In this document: piece by piece, positions 52,601 through 64,000 of the stretch
Layout of the letters: every line of letters begins with the position of its first letter
Position numbering within the stretch: position 1 is the stretch's first letter
DNA from: the human T2T-CHM13v2.0 reference genome, Homo sapiens
Assembly: GCF_009914755.1 (NCBI RefSeq)
Contig: NC_060929.1
DNA length: 64,000 nt
Strand: one strand, 5' to 3'
The notes under the pieces: generated by a model
Told to the model about the DNA's origin: nothing
What the model saw: only the letters and a program-made list of their open reading frames with translations
Databases searched by the model: none
Position numbers and translations under genes: made by a program

Positions 52601-53234
52601 GTGAGATGAATGCATACATCACAAAGCAGTTTCTCAAAAAGTTTCTTTCTAGTGTTTATCTGAAGATATTTCCTTTTTCACCATTGGCATCAGTGTGCTC
52701 CTAAATATCCTTAGCAGATTCTAGAAACACATTGTTTACAAAGTTCCTAATCAAAAGAAACCTTTAACTCTCTGAGAAGAATGCACACATCACAAAGTGT
52801 TTTTCAGAAAGCTTCTTTCTAGTTTTTATCTGAAGTTATTTCCTTTTTCACCATAGGACTCCTGCCCTCACTAACATCCCTTTGCAGATTCTACAAAAAC
52901 AGTGTTCCCAAAAAGATAATTCAAAAGAAATTTAAACCCTGTGAGGTGAATGCACACATCAAAGAGCAGTTTTTCAAAAAGATTCCTTCTAGTTTTTATC
53001 TGTAGGTATTTCCTTTTTCAACATTGGCTTTAATGTGCTCCCAAATATCCCTTCGGAGATTCTGGAAAAACAGTGTTTCCAAACTGCTAAATCAAAAGAA
53101 AGTTCTACCTATGTGAGATGAATGCACACATCACAAAGCAGTTTCCCAGAAAACTTCTGTCTAGTTCTTCCCTGAAGATATTTCCTTTTCCACTGTTGGC
53201 CTCAATGCACTCCCAAATATCCCTTCACATATCC

Positions 53235-53258
53235 AAAAAAAAAAAAAAAAAAAAAAAA
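53235..53258 (+). repeat. Poly(A)24 run within an alpha monomer
   Basis: cccttcacatatcc(A)24cagtttttcc replaces the usual gattctacaaaaacagtg. Confidence 0.95.
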
Positions 53259-56200
53259 CAGTTTTTCCAAACTCTTCCATCAAAAGAGGGACTTAACTCT
53301 GTGGGATGAACACACACATCCAAAAGAAGTTTCCCACAATGCTTCTTTCCAATTTTTATCTGAACATCTTTCCTTTTTCGCCATAGATTTTTAGGCACTA
53401 CATTATATCACTACACAGATTTTACAAAAACAGTGTTTCCAAACTGCTTGGTCAAAAGAAAAGTTTAACTCTGTGAGATGAATGCACACATCACAAAGCA
53501 GTATCTTGAAAGCCTTCTTTCTAGTTTTTATCCAAAGATATTTCCTTTATCACCTTAGGCTTCAATGTGCTCGCAAAAATCCCATGGCAGACTCTACAAA
53601 AACAGAGTTTCCAAACTGCTCAATCAACAAACAGGTTTAACTCTGTGAGTTGAACCCACACAATACAAAGCAGTTGCTCAAAAAGCTTCTTTGTAATTTT
53701 TACATGAAGATATTTCCTTTATCATCTTATGTTTATTTCTGCTCTGATGATATTTCTTTTTCCATCATAGGCCTCTATGCTCTCCCAAATATCCTTTCAC
53801 TAATTCTATAAAAACAGTGTTTCTTGACTGTTCCATCAAAGAAGGATTTAACTCTGTGAGGTGAATGCACTCATCAGAAAGCAGTTTCTCATAACTCATC
53901 TTTCCGGTTTTTTCTGAAGATATTTCCTTGTTCACCATAGACCTTTATGTGCTACCAAAAATCGCTTTGCAGATTATACATAAAGAGTGTTTCCAAACTG
54001 CTCAGTCAAAAGAAAGGTTTAACTCTGTCAGATGAATGCATACATGACAAAGCAGTTCCTCAAAGTGCTTCTTTGTAGTTTTTATCCAAAGATATTTCAT
54101 TTTTCACCATGGGCATCAGTGCAATACCAAATATCCCATTGCAGATTCTAGAAAAACAGTGCTTACAAAATACTCAATCAAAAGAAATGTTTAACTTGGC
54201 AAAGATAATGCACACATCACAAAGCAGTTTCTCAGAAAGCTTCTTTCTATTTTTTATCTGAAGTTATTTTTCACCTTAGGCATTGTGGGTTCACAAATAT
54301 CCCTTCACAGATTGTAGGAAAACAGTGTTTCTGAACACTTCCATAAAAAGTAGGATTTACTTCTTTGAGATGAATGCACACATCACAAAACACTTTCTCA
54401 AAAAGCTGCTTTCTAGTTTTGATCCGTAGATGTTTCCTTTATCACTAGAGACTTCAATGTGCTCCCAAACATGCCTTTGCAGATTCTTCAAAAACAGTGT
54501 TCCCAAACTGCTCAGTGAAAAGAAAGGTTTTTTTCTGTTAGACGAGTGCTCACATCACAAAGCAGTTTCTCAGAAAGATTCTTTCTAGTTTTTGTCCTAT
54601 TTCTTTTATCACCATAGGCTTCAGTGTTCTCCCTAATACATCACTAAGCAGATCGTACAAAATCATTGTTTCCAAACTGCTCAAACAAAAATTCAAAAAC
54701 AGGTTTAGTTCTTTGAGTTGAAGGCACACATCACAAAACAGTTTCTCAAAAAGCTTATTTCTGGTTTTTATCTAATGATATTTCCTTTTTCACCATAGGC
54801 CTCAGTGCTCTCCCAAAGGTATGTTTTCAGATTCTACAAGAACAGTGTTTCCAAACTGCTCAGCCAAAGAAAGGTTTAACCTTGTGAGAGGAATGAAAAC
54901 ATCATAAAGCAGTTTCTCAGATACCTCCTGTCTATATCTTCTCTGAACATATATCCTTTTCTACCATTAGGCCTCAATGTGCTCCCAAATATCCCTTCGC
55001 AGATTCTATAAAAACAGTGTTTCCAAACTATTCCATCAACAGAAGGATTTAGTTCTGTGGGATGAATGCACAAATCAGAAAGCAGTTTCTCACAACCCTT
55101 CTTTCCAGTTTTTTTCTGAAGTTAATTCCTTGTTCATCATAGGCCTTTTTGTGTAAGAAAACAATGCCTCACAAGTTGTACAAAAAGAGGGTTTCCAAAT
55201 TGCCCCATCAAAAGAAAAGTTTAATTGTGGGAGTTGAGTGCTTACATCACAAAGGAGTTGCACAGAAAGCTTCTTTCTAGTTTTTATACAAAGATATTTC
55301 CTTTTTCACCATTGGCATCAGTTCACTCCCAAATACCCCTTTGCAGATGCTACCAAAACAGTGTTTCCAAACTGCTCAGTCAAAAGAAATGTTTAAACCT
55401 GTGAGATGAATGCACACATCACAAAACAGTTTCTCAAAAAGTCTCTATCTAGTTTTTTTCGAAGTTATTTCCTTTTACAACATAGGCATCTGTATGCTCC
55501 CAAATTTCCCTTTGCAGATTCTGCAAAAATAGTGTTTCAAAACTGCTCAAACAAAATAAATATTTAACTCTGTGAGAACAATGCACCCCTCACAATGTGC
55601 TTTCTCAGAAGGCTTCTTTCTAGTTTTTATCTGAAGTTATTCCCATTTTCACCATAGGCATCAATTCGCTCCCAAATATCCCTTTGCAGATTCTACAACA
55701 ACAGTGTTTCCAAACTGCTCAAACAAAAAAAAAGGTTTAAATCTGTGAGCTGTATGCACACATCACTAAGAGGTTTCTTAGAAAGCTTCTGTCTAGTTCT
55801 TCTCTGAAGATATTTCTGTTTCCACCATAGGCATCAATGTGCTCTCAAATATCCCTTCGCAGATTGTAGAAAAACAGTGTTTCAAAACTGTTCCATCGAA
55901 AGAAGGACTTATCTCTGTGAGATGAACGCACACATCAGAAAGCAGTTTCCCATAATGATTCTTTCTAGTTTGTATCTGAAGATATTTCCTTATTCACCAT
56001 AGGCTTTTTATCCTACCAAATGTTACTTCACAGGTTCTGCAAAAACAGTGTTTACAAACTGCTTGGTCAAAAGAAAGGTTTAACTCTGTGAGATGAAGGC
56101 ACACATCACAAAGCAATTTCTCCAAAACCTTCTTTCTAGTTTTTATCTGAAAAATATTTCCTTTATTACCATAGGCTTCAATGTGCACCAAAATATCCCA

Positions 56201-59200
56201 TTGCAGATTCTACAAAAACACTGTTTCCAAACTGCTCAATCAAAAAACAGGTTTAATTCTGTGTATTGAATGCACACATCACAAAGCAGTTTCTCAAAAT
56301 GCTTCTTTCCACTTTTTATCTGAAGGTATTTCCTTTTTCACCAAAGGCCTCAGTGCACTCCCATTTATCCTTTTGCAGATTCTACAAAAACAGTGTTTCC
56401 AAACACTTCAATCAAAAGAAAGGTTTAATTCAGTGAGATAAATGAACACCTAACAAAGCAGTTTCTCATTTAGCTTCAGTCTAGTTCATCTCTCAAGATA
56501 TTTCCTTTTACACCATAGGCCTCAATGAGCTCCCAAATATACCTTCACAGATTCTATAAAAACTGTTTCTGAACTGTTCCAACAAGAGATCCATTTAACT
56601 CTGTGAGGTGAATGAACATATCAGAAAGCAGTTTCTCTTAACGTTTCTTTCCAGTTTTTATCTGAAGGTATTTCCTTCTTCACAACAGGCCTTTTTGTGC
56701 TGTGAAACATTGCTTCACAGATACAACAAAAACAGTGTTTCCAAACTGCTCAGTCAAAAGAAAGGGTTATCTCTGTGATCTGAATGCACACATCAAAAGT
56801 AATTTCTCAAAAAAACTTCTTTCTAGTTTTTATCTGAAGATAATTCCTTCTTCACCATAAGTGTCATGCACTCACAAATATCCTTATGCAGATTCTCGAA
56901 AAACAGTGCTTCCAAACTAGTCAATTGAAAAAAAGGTTTTACTCTGTGAGACGAATTCACACATCACAAAGCAGTTTCTCATAAAGCTTCTTTATAGTTT
57001 TTATCCAAAGATATTTCCTTTTTAGTAAAAGGCTTCAATGCACTCCCAACTATCCCTTTTTGGATTCTACAAAAACAGTGTTTCCAAATTGATCCATCAA
57101 AAGAAAGGTTTAACTCTGTCAGATGAATGCACACATCACAAAGTAGTTTCTCAGAAATCTTATTTCTACGTTTATCTGAAGATATTTCTTTTCACCACGG
57201 GTGTCAATGTGCTCCCAAATATCCCTTCACAGATTCTACAAAAACAGTGTTTCCAAACTGCTCAATCAAAAGAAACTTTTAAATCTGTGATGAGAATACA
57301 TGGATCACAAAACTGTTTCACAGAAGGCTATTTGGCAGTATTTAATCTGAAGGTATTTCCTTTTTCCCCATAGGCAACATGGGCTCACAAATATCCTTTC
57401 ACAGATTCTACAAAAACAGTGGTTCCAAACTGCTGTATCAAAAGAAAGATTTAATTCTGTCAGATGAATGCACACATCACAAAGCAGTTTCTCAGAAAGT
57501 TTCTGTCTAGTTCTTTTCTGAAGATACTTCCTTTTCCACCATAGGCCTCAAAGCACTCCCAAATATCCCTTCACAGATTCTACAAAAACAGTGTTTTCAA
57601 ACTGTTCTATCAAAAGTGGTACTTAACTCTGTAGGATGAACACACACATCAAAAATAAGTTTCTCACAATGCTTCTTTCCAGGTTTTATCTGAAGTTATT
57701 TTTTCTTTATCAACATAGGCATATTTGCACTAATTAATATCGCTTCACAGATTATACAAAAACAATGATTCCAAACTGCTCAGTCAAATAAAGGTTTAAA
57801 CCTGTGAGATGAATACACAGATCACAAAGCAGTTCTCATAGCCTTCATAACTCTGTGATAAGAATGCAGACATCACAAAGTGGTATTTCAAAAGCTTTTT
57901 TGTAGTTTTTATCCAAAGACATTTCCATTTTCAACAGAGGCTTTAATGCACTCCCAAATATCCCTTTGCAGATTCCACAAAACAGTGTTTCCAAACTGCT
58001 CAATCAAAAGAAATGCTTAACTTTGTGAGATGAATGCACACATCACAAAGCTTTCTCACATACCTTCTGTCTAGTTTTTACCCTAAGATATTTCCTTTAC
58101 AACAATAGGCTTCAATGTGCTCCCAAATATCACATCGCAGGTAGTACTAAAACACTGTTTACGCACTGGTCAATCAAGTGACAGGTTTAAATTGGTGAGT
58201 TGAATGCACACAATAAAAAACAGTTTCTCCAAAAGCTTCTTTCTAGTTTTTATCCAAATAATTCATTTTTCACCATAGGCCTCAGGGTGCTCCCAAATAT
58301 ACCTTTACAGATTCTACAAAAACACTATTTCCAAACTGCTCAATCAAAAGAAAATTTAACTATGTGAGAAGAATGCACACATCACAGGGTGGTTTCTTGG
58401 AAATCTTCTTTCTAGTTTTCATCTGAAGTTATTTCCTTTTTCACCATAGACCTCAGGCACTCCCTAATATCCCTTCACAGATTCTACAAAAGCAATGTTT
58501 CCAAACTGATCAATCAAAGGAAAGATTTAACCAAGTGAGATGAATGCACACATCACAAAGCAGTTTCTCAAAAACCTTTTTCTAATTTTCATCTGAAGAT
58601 ATATGCTTTTTCACCATAGGTTTCTGAGCGTTCCCTAATATCCCTTCGCAGATTCTATAAAAACAGTGTTTTTAAACTGCCCAATCAAAAAACAGTATTA
58701 TCTCTGTCAGTTGAATGCACACATCACAAAGCAGTTTCTCAAAAACAGTTCTTTCTAGTTTTTATCTGAATATATTCCATTTTTACCCTAGGCCTCATGG
58801 CTCTCTCAAATATACCATTGCAGATTCTACAAAAACAGTGTTTCCAAATTGCTCAATCAAAGGAAAGGTTTAACTCTGTGAGATGAACGCACACATCAGA
58901 AAGACATTTCTCTTAAAGTTTCTTTCCAGTTTTTATCTGAAGATATTCCTTGTTTACCATAGGCTTGTGTTCACTACCAAATATTGCTTTATAGATTTTG
59001 CAAAATCAGTGTTTCCGAACCACTCAGTCAAAAAAAATTTTTAACTCTATGGGTTGAAATCACACAACACAAAGGAATATCTCAGATAGCTTCTGTTTAG
59101 TTCTTCTCTGAACATATTTCCTTTTCCACCATAGGCCTCAATGTGCTCCCAAATATCCATTCGCATATTTCACAAAAACAGTGTTTCAAAACTGTTCCAT

Positions 59201-62200
59201 GAAAGGAAGCAGTTGACTCAGAGATGAACGCACACATCACAAAGCAGTTTCTCATATAGGTTCTTTCTACTTTTTATCTGAAGATATTATCTTTTCCACC
59301 ATAGGCCTCAGTGTGCTCCCAAATATAACTTGCAGATTCTAAAAACCCATTGGTTCCAAATGGATCAATCAAAAGAAAGGTTTAACTCTGTTACATAAAT
59401 GCAGACATCTCAAAGCAGTTTCTCTAAAAGTTTCCTCCTAGTTTTTATCTGAATATATTTTCTTTTTCACCCTAGGCTTCAAAGATTTCCCAAATATCCC
59501 TTTGCAGATACTACAAAACCAGTGTTTCCAAACTGCTCAATCAAAAGAAAGGTTTAACTCTGTGAAACAAATGCACACATCACAAAGAAGATTCTCAGAA
59601 AGTTTCTGGTTAGTTCTTCTCTGAAGATATTTCCTTTTCCAAAATAGGCCTCAATTCACTCCAGAAGATCCCTTCACAGATTCTATAAAACAGTGTTTCC
59701 AAACTGTTCCACAAAAGAAGGACTTATATCTGTGAGATGAGCACACACATCAGAAAGCAGTTTCTCATAACAGTTCTTTCCAGTTTTTACCTGTACTTAT
59801 TTTCCTCATCGACATAGGCATTTTTGTGCTACGAAATATGGCTTCACAGATTATACAAAAACAGTGATTCTAAAATGCTCAGTCAAAAGAAAGGTTTAGC
59901 TCTGTCAGATGAACACACACAGAACAAAGCTGTTTCTCAAAAAAGTTCTTTCTAGTTTATAACTGAAGATATTTCCTTTTTCACAAAAGTCCTAACTGCG
60001 CTTTCCAATATGCCACTGCAAATCATACAAAACCAGGTTTCCAAGCTGCTCAATGAAAAAACAGGTTTAACTCTATGAGTTTAATGCAGACATCACAAAA
60101 CAGTTTCTCAAAAGGCCTTTTTCTGGTTATTTTCCAAAAATATTTCCTTTTTCAATATAGGCAACACTGAGCTCCCAAATATCCCTTTGCAGATTCTACT
60201 TAAACACTGTTTCCAAACTACTCAATCACAAGAAACATTTAACTCTGTGAGTAGAATGCACACATCACAAAGTGGTTTCTCAGAAAGCTTCTTTCTAGTT
60301 TTTATCTGAAGTTATTTCCATTTACAACGTTGGACTCATATGCTGCCAAATATTCCTTTGCAGATTCTACAAAAACAGTGTTTCCAAATGGACCAATCAA
60401 AAGAAAGGTTTAGCTCTGTGAGATGAATGCAAACATCACAAAGCAGTTTCTCAGAAAGCTTCTTTCTAGTTTTTATCCAAAGATATTTCCTTTTTCACCC
60501 CAGGCTTCAATGTGCTCCCAAATATCCCCTCATGCATTCTACAAATGAACAGTGTTTCCAAACTGCTCAGTGAAAAGAAAGGTTTAACTCTGTGAGTTGA
60601 TTGCACACATCACAAAGCAGTTTCTAAGAAAGCTTCTGTCTCCTTCTTCTCTGGAGGTATTTCCTTTTCCACCATAGGCCTCAATGCTCTCCCAAATATT
60701 CCTTCACATATTCTACAAAAACAGTGTTTCCAAACTGTTCATTCAAAAGGCGGACTTAATTCAGTGAGATGAATGCACACATCAGAAAGCAGTTTCTCAC
60801 AGCTCTTCTTTCCATTTTTTATCTTAAGATATTTCCTTTTTCACCATAAACTTTTTTGCGCTACAAAATACAGGTTCACAAATTTTGTCAAAATAGTGTC
60901 TCCAAACTGTCAGTCAAAAGAAAGGTTTAACTCTGTGAGATGAATGCACACATCACAAAACAGTTTCTCAAAATGGTTCTTTCTATTTTTATCCTAAGAT
61001 ATTCCCTTTTCACCATTGGCCTCTGTCCACTACCAGATGGAACTTCATAGATTAGACAAAAACAGTGTTTCCAAACTGCTCAAGCAAAAGAAAGGTGTAA
61101 CTCCGCGACCTGAATGTTCACATCAAAATGCAGTTTCTCAGATAGATAGGTTCTGTCTAATTCTTCTCTGAATATATTTCCTTTTCCACCATAGGCCTCA
61201 ATGTGCTCCAAAATATGCCTTCCAGATTCCATAAAAAGAATGTTTCCAAACTGTACCATTAAAAGAAGGGTTTATCTCTGTGAGATCAATGCACACACAG
61301 CAGTTTCTCATAACTCTACTATCTAGTTTTTGTCTGGAGACATTTCCTTTTTCAACATCGGCCTTTTTGTGATACCTAACATCCCTTCACAGAATATACA
61401 AAAACAGTGTTTCCAAACTGCTCTGTCAAAAGAAAAGTTTAACTCTGTGTGATTACTTCATACATCACAAAGCAGTTTCTCAAAAAGCTTCCTTGTAGTT
61501 TTTATCCAAAGATAGTTCCTTTTTCACCATAGGCTTCAGTGTGCACCAAAATATCCTTTTGCACATTCTACAAAACAGTGTTTCCAAGCTGCTCAATCAA
61601 TGGAAACTTTTAACTGTTTGAGAAGAAAGCACACATCACAAAGCAGTATTTTAGAAAGCTTTTTTCTAGTTTTTATCTGAAGATATTTTCTTTTTCACCA
61701 TAGACATCAATGCGCTCCAAAATACCCCATCGCAGAATCCACAGAAATAGTGTTTCCAAAGTGCTCAATCAAAACAAAGGTTTAACTCTGTTGGATAAAT
61801 GCACATATCAGAAAGCACTTTCTCAGAAAGATTCTTTCTAGGTTTTATCTGTAGATATTTCCTTTCTCACCGTAAGCCTCAATGTGCTCCAAAATAACGA
61901 TTCGCAGATTCTATGAAAAGGCTGTTTCCAAACGGATCCATCAAAGGAAAGATTTAACACTGTGAAATGAATGCACACATCACAAATCAGTCTCTCAGAA
62001 AGCTTCTTTCCAGTTTTTATCAGAAGACATTTCCCTTTTCAAAATATAGGCCTTCTTTGTGCTACATAATATCACTTTGCAGGTTATACAAAAACATTGT
62101 TCCCAAACTGCTCAGTCAAAAGAGAAGCTTCACTCTGTCAGATGAATGCAACCATCACAAAGCAGTTTCTCAAAAACTTCTTTCTAGTTTTTATCCACGT

Positions 62201-62456
62201 ATATTTTATTTTTCACTGTAGGCCACAATGCCCTCACAAATATCCCTTTGCAGATTCTACAAAAACAAAGTTTCCAAACTGCTGAATCAAAAGAAAGGTT
62301 TAACTCTGTGAGATGAATGCACACATCACAAAGCAGTTTCTCTGAAAGCTTCTATCTAGTTCTTCTCTGAAGATATTTTATTTTTCACCACAGGCTTCAA
62401 TGCACTCCCAAATATCCCTTTGCAGATTCTACAAAAACAGTGTTTCCAAACTGTTC

Positions 62457-64000
62457 CAGAGGTAAACCTGTTTGTTTTTTGATTGAGCAGTTTGGACACA
62501 GTGTATTTGTGTAACCTGCTTTGGGATATTTGGGAGTGCATTGAGCCTATGGTGATAAAGGATATACACATGGATAAAAACTAGAAAGAAGCTTGTAGAT
62601 AAACTGCTTTGTGACGTGCGCATTCATCCCACAGAGTTAAACCTTTCTTTTGATAGAGCAGTTCGTACTCACTGTTTTTGTAGAGTCTGCAAAGGTATAT
62701 TTGGGAGCGCATTGAACCCAATGGCGAAAAAGGAAATATCTTCAGATAAAAACAGATAAGAAGCTTTCTGTGAAACAGCTTTATGATGTGTGCATTCATC
62801 TCAGAGAATAAAAGCTTTTTTTTATTGAGCAGTTTGTAAACACTGTTGTTGTAAAATCTCTGTAAGGATACATGGGAGCGGATTGAGACTTATGGTGGAA
62901 AAGGAAATATCTTCTGATAAAAACTAGAAAGAAGCATTCTGAGAGACTGCTTTGTGACACGTTCACTCACTTCACTGAGTTAAAACTTTCATTTGATTGA
63001 GAAGTTTGGAAACATTGCTTTTGTAGAATTGCCATGACATTTCTGAGTGCTGGGAAACTTTTGAGAGCATTGAGGCCAATGTTGAAATAGGAAATATATT
63101 CAGATAAAAACTAGAGAGAAGCTTTCTGAGAAACTCTTTTGTGATGTGTGAATTCTTCTCACACATTTAAAACTTTCGTTTGATTCAGCAGTTTGGAAAC
63201 ACTGTTTTTGTAGAATCTGCAATGGTATATTTTGGAGTGCATTGAGGCCTACTGTGGAAAAGGAAATATTTTCAGAGAAGACGTAGATAGAAGCTATCTG
63301 AGAAACTGCTTTGTGATGTGTGCATTCATCTCAGAGTTAAACCATTCTTTTGATTGAGCAGCTTGGAAACACAGTTTTGTAGAATCTTCCAAGGGATATT
63401 TTGGAACTCACGTGGCCTATGGTGAAAAAGGAAATAACTTCAGATAACAACTATAAGGAACCATTCTGAGGAACTGCTGTGTGATGTGTGCATTGTCCTC
63501 ACTCAGTCAAATTGTTCTTTCATTTGAGCACTTGGAAACACTGTTTTGGTAGAAATTGTGAAGGGATATTTGGGAGCACACCGATGCCTATGATGAAAAA
63601 GGAAATAACTTTGGATAAAAACTACAAGAACCTTTCTGAGAAACTGCTTTGTGATGTAGGCATTCATCTCAGAGAGTTAAATTTTTCTTTTGGATGAGCA
63701 GTTTGGAAACACTCTTTTTGCATAATCTGCAAAGTGATATTAGGTAGCACAAAGAGGCCAGTGGTGAAAAAGGAAATATCTTCAGAAAAAATTGGAAATA
63801 AGCGTTATGAGAAACTGCTTTCTGATGTGTGCATTCGTCTGACAGAGTTAAGTCCTTCCTTTGATGGAACTCTTTGGAAACACTGATTTTATATAATCTG
63901 TGAAGCAATATTTTGTACAGCAAAAAGGCCTGTGGAGAACAAGGAAATTTCTTCAGATACAAAATGGAAGGAAGCTTTATGAGAAACTGATTTCTGATGT
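62457..64000 (+). repeat. Alpha satellite in the opposite orientation (inverted block, runs off the window)
   Basis: After 62458 the sequence reads gagaaactgctttgtgatgtgtgcattcatctcagagttaa...gagcagtttggaaacactgtttttgtagaatctgc, the reverse complement of the upstream units. Confidence 0.98.

Larger units (their letters stand above)
22387..62458 (-). repeat. Diverged alpha satellite, main variety, with relic higher-order monomer order
   Basis: Uninterrupted ~171-172 bp periodicity with recurrent monomer classes, hybrid monomers and internal deletions. Confidence 0.98.

Noticed and set aside
1-62458. CRISPR-like array of repeats
   Set aside because: The whole unit is repeated with no unique spacers, there are no cas genes, and the sequence is recognisably primate satellite with L1 insertions.
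246-63962. Over a hundred short ORFs sharing peptide motifs (QILQKQCFQTAQSK, MNAHITKQFL, KYPFADSTKTVFPNCSIK), resembling a gene family
   Set aside because: They are translations of the same 171-bp repeat in different frames and on both strands, with frequent stops and frameshifts and no consistent reading frame.
1-64000. Active centromere core (live homogeneous HOR)
   Set aside because: Copies are heavily diverged and irregular in order, carry L1 insertions and an inversion, and lack CENP-B boxes.
1-64000. Assignment to a specific species, chromosome or named suprachromosomal family
   Set aside because: This cannot be supported without a database search.

Overview
Primate (human/ape-like) pericentromeric DNA. 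About 63 of the 64 kb is old, diverged alpha satellite: roughly 360-370 monomers of ~171-172 bp carrying the A-type/pJ-alpha box, with no CENP-B box seen. It is interrupted by two 5'-truncated LINE-1 (L1PA) 3' ends, at 18396-18487 (minus, ~90 bp) and 21473-22386 (plus, ~0.9 kb), and by a solo A24 run. There are no genuine protein-coding genes. All listed ORFs are chance translations of the satellite except those overlapping a broken L1 ORF2 remnant. The array is not randomly monomeric. By eye it follows a decayed higher-order order: a 9-monomer, ~1.54 kb cycle with an optional extra dimer. It also holds a ~3.2 kb island of a different alpha-satellite variety with its own 5-mer order (14.1-17.3 kb), several tandem and long-range duplications, and a sharp strand switch at ~62458. 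I found no evidence of a new enzymatic or defence-type system. The best candidates for novelty are structural and evolutionary (a relic centromere array), and I cannot check whether they are already annotated.
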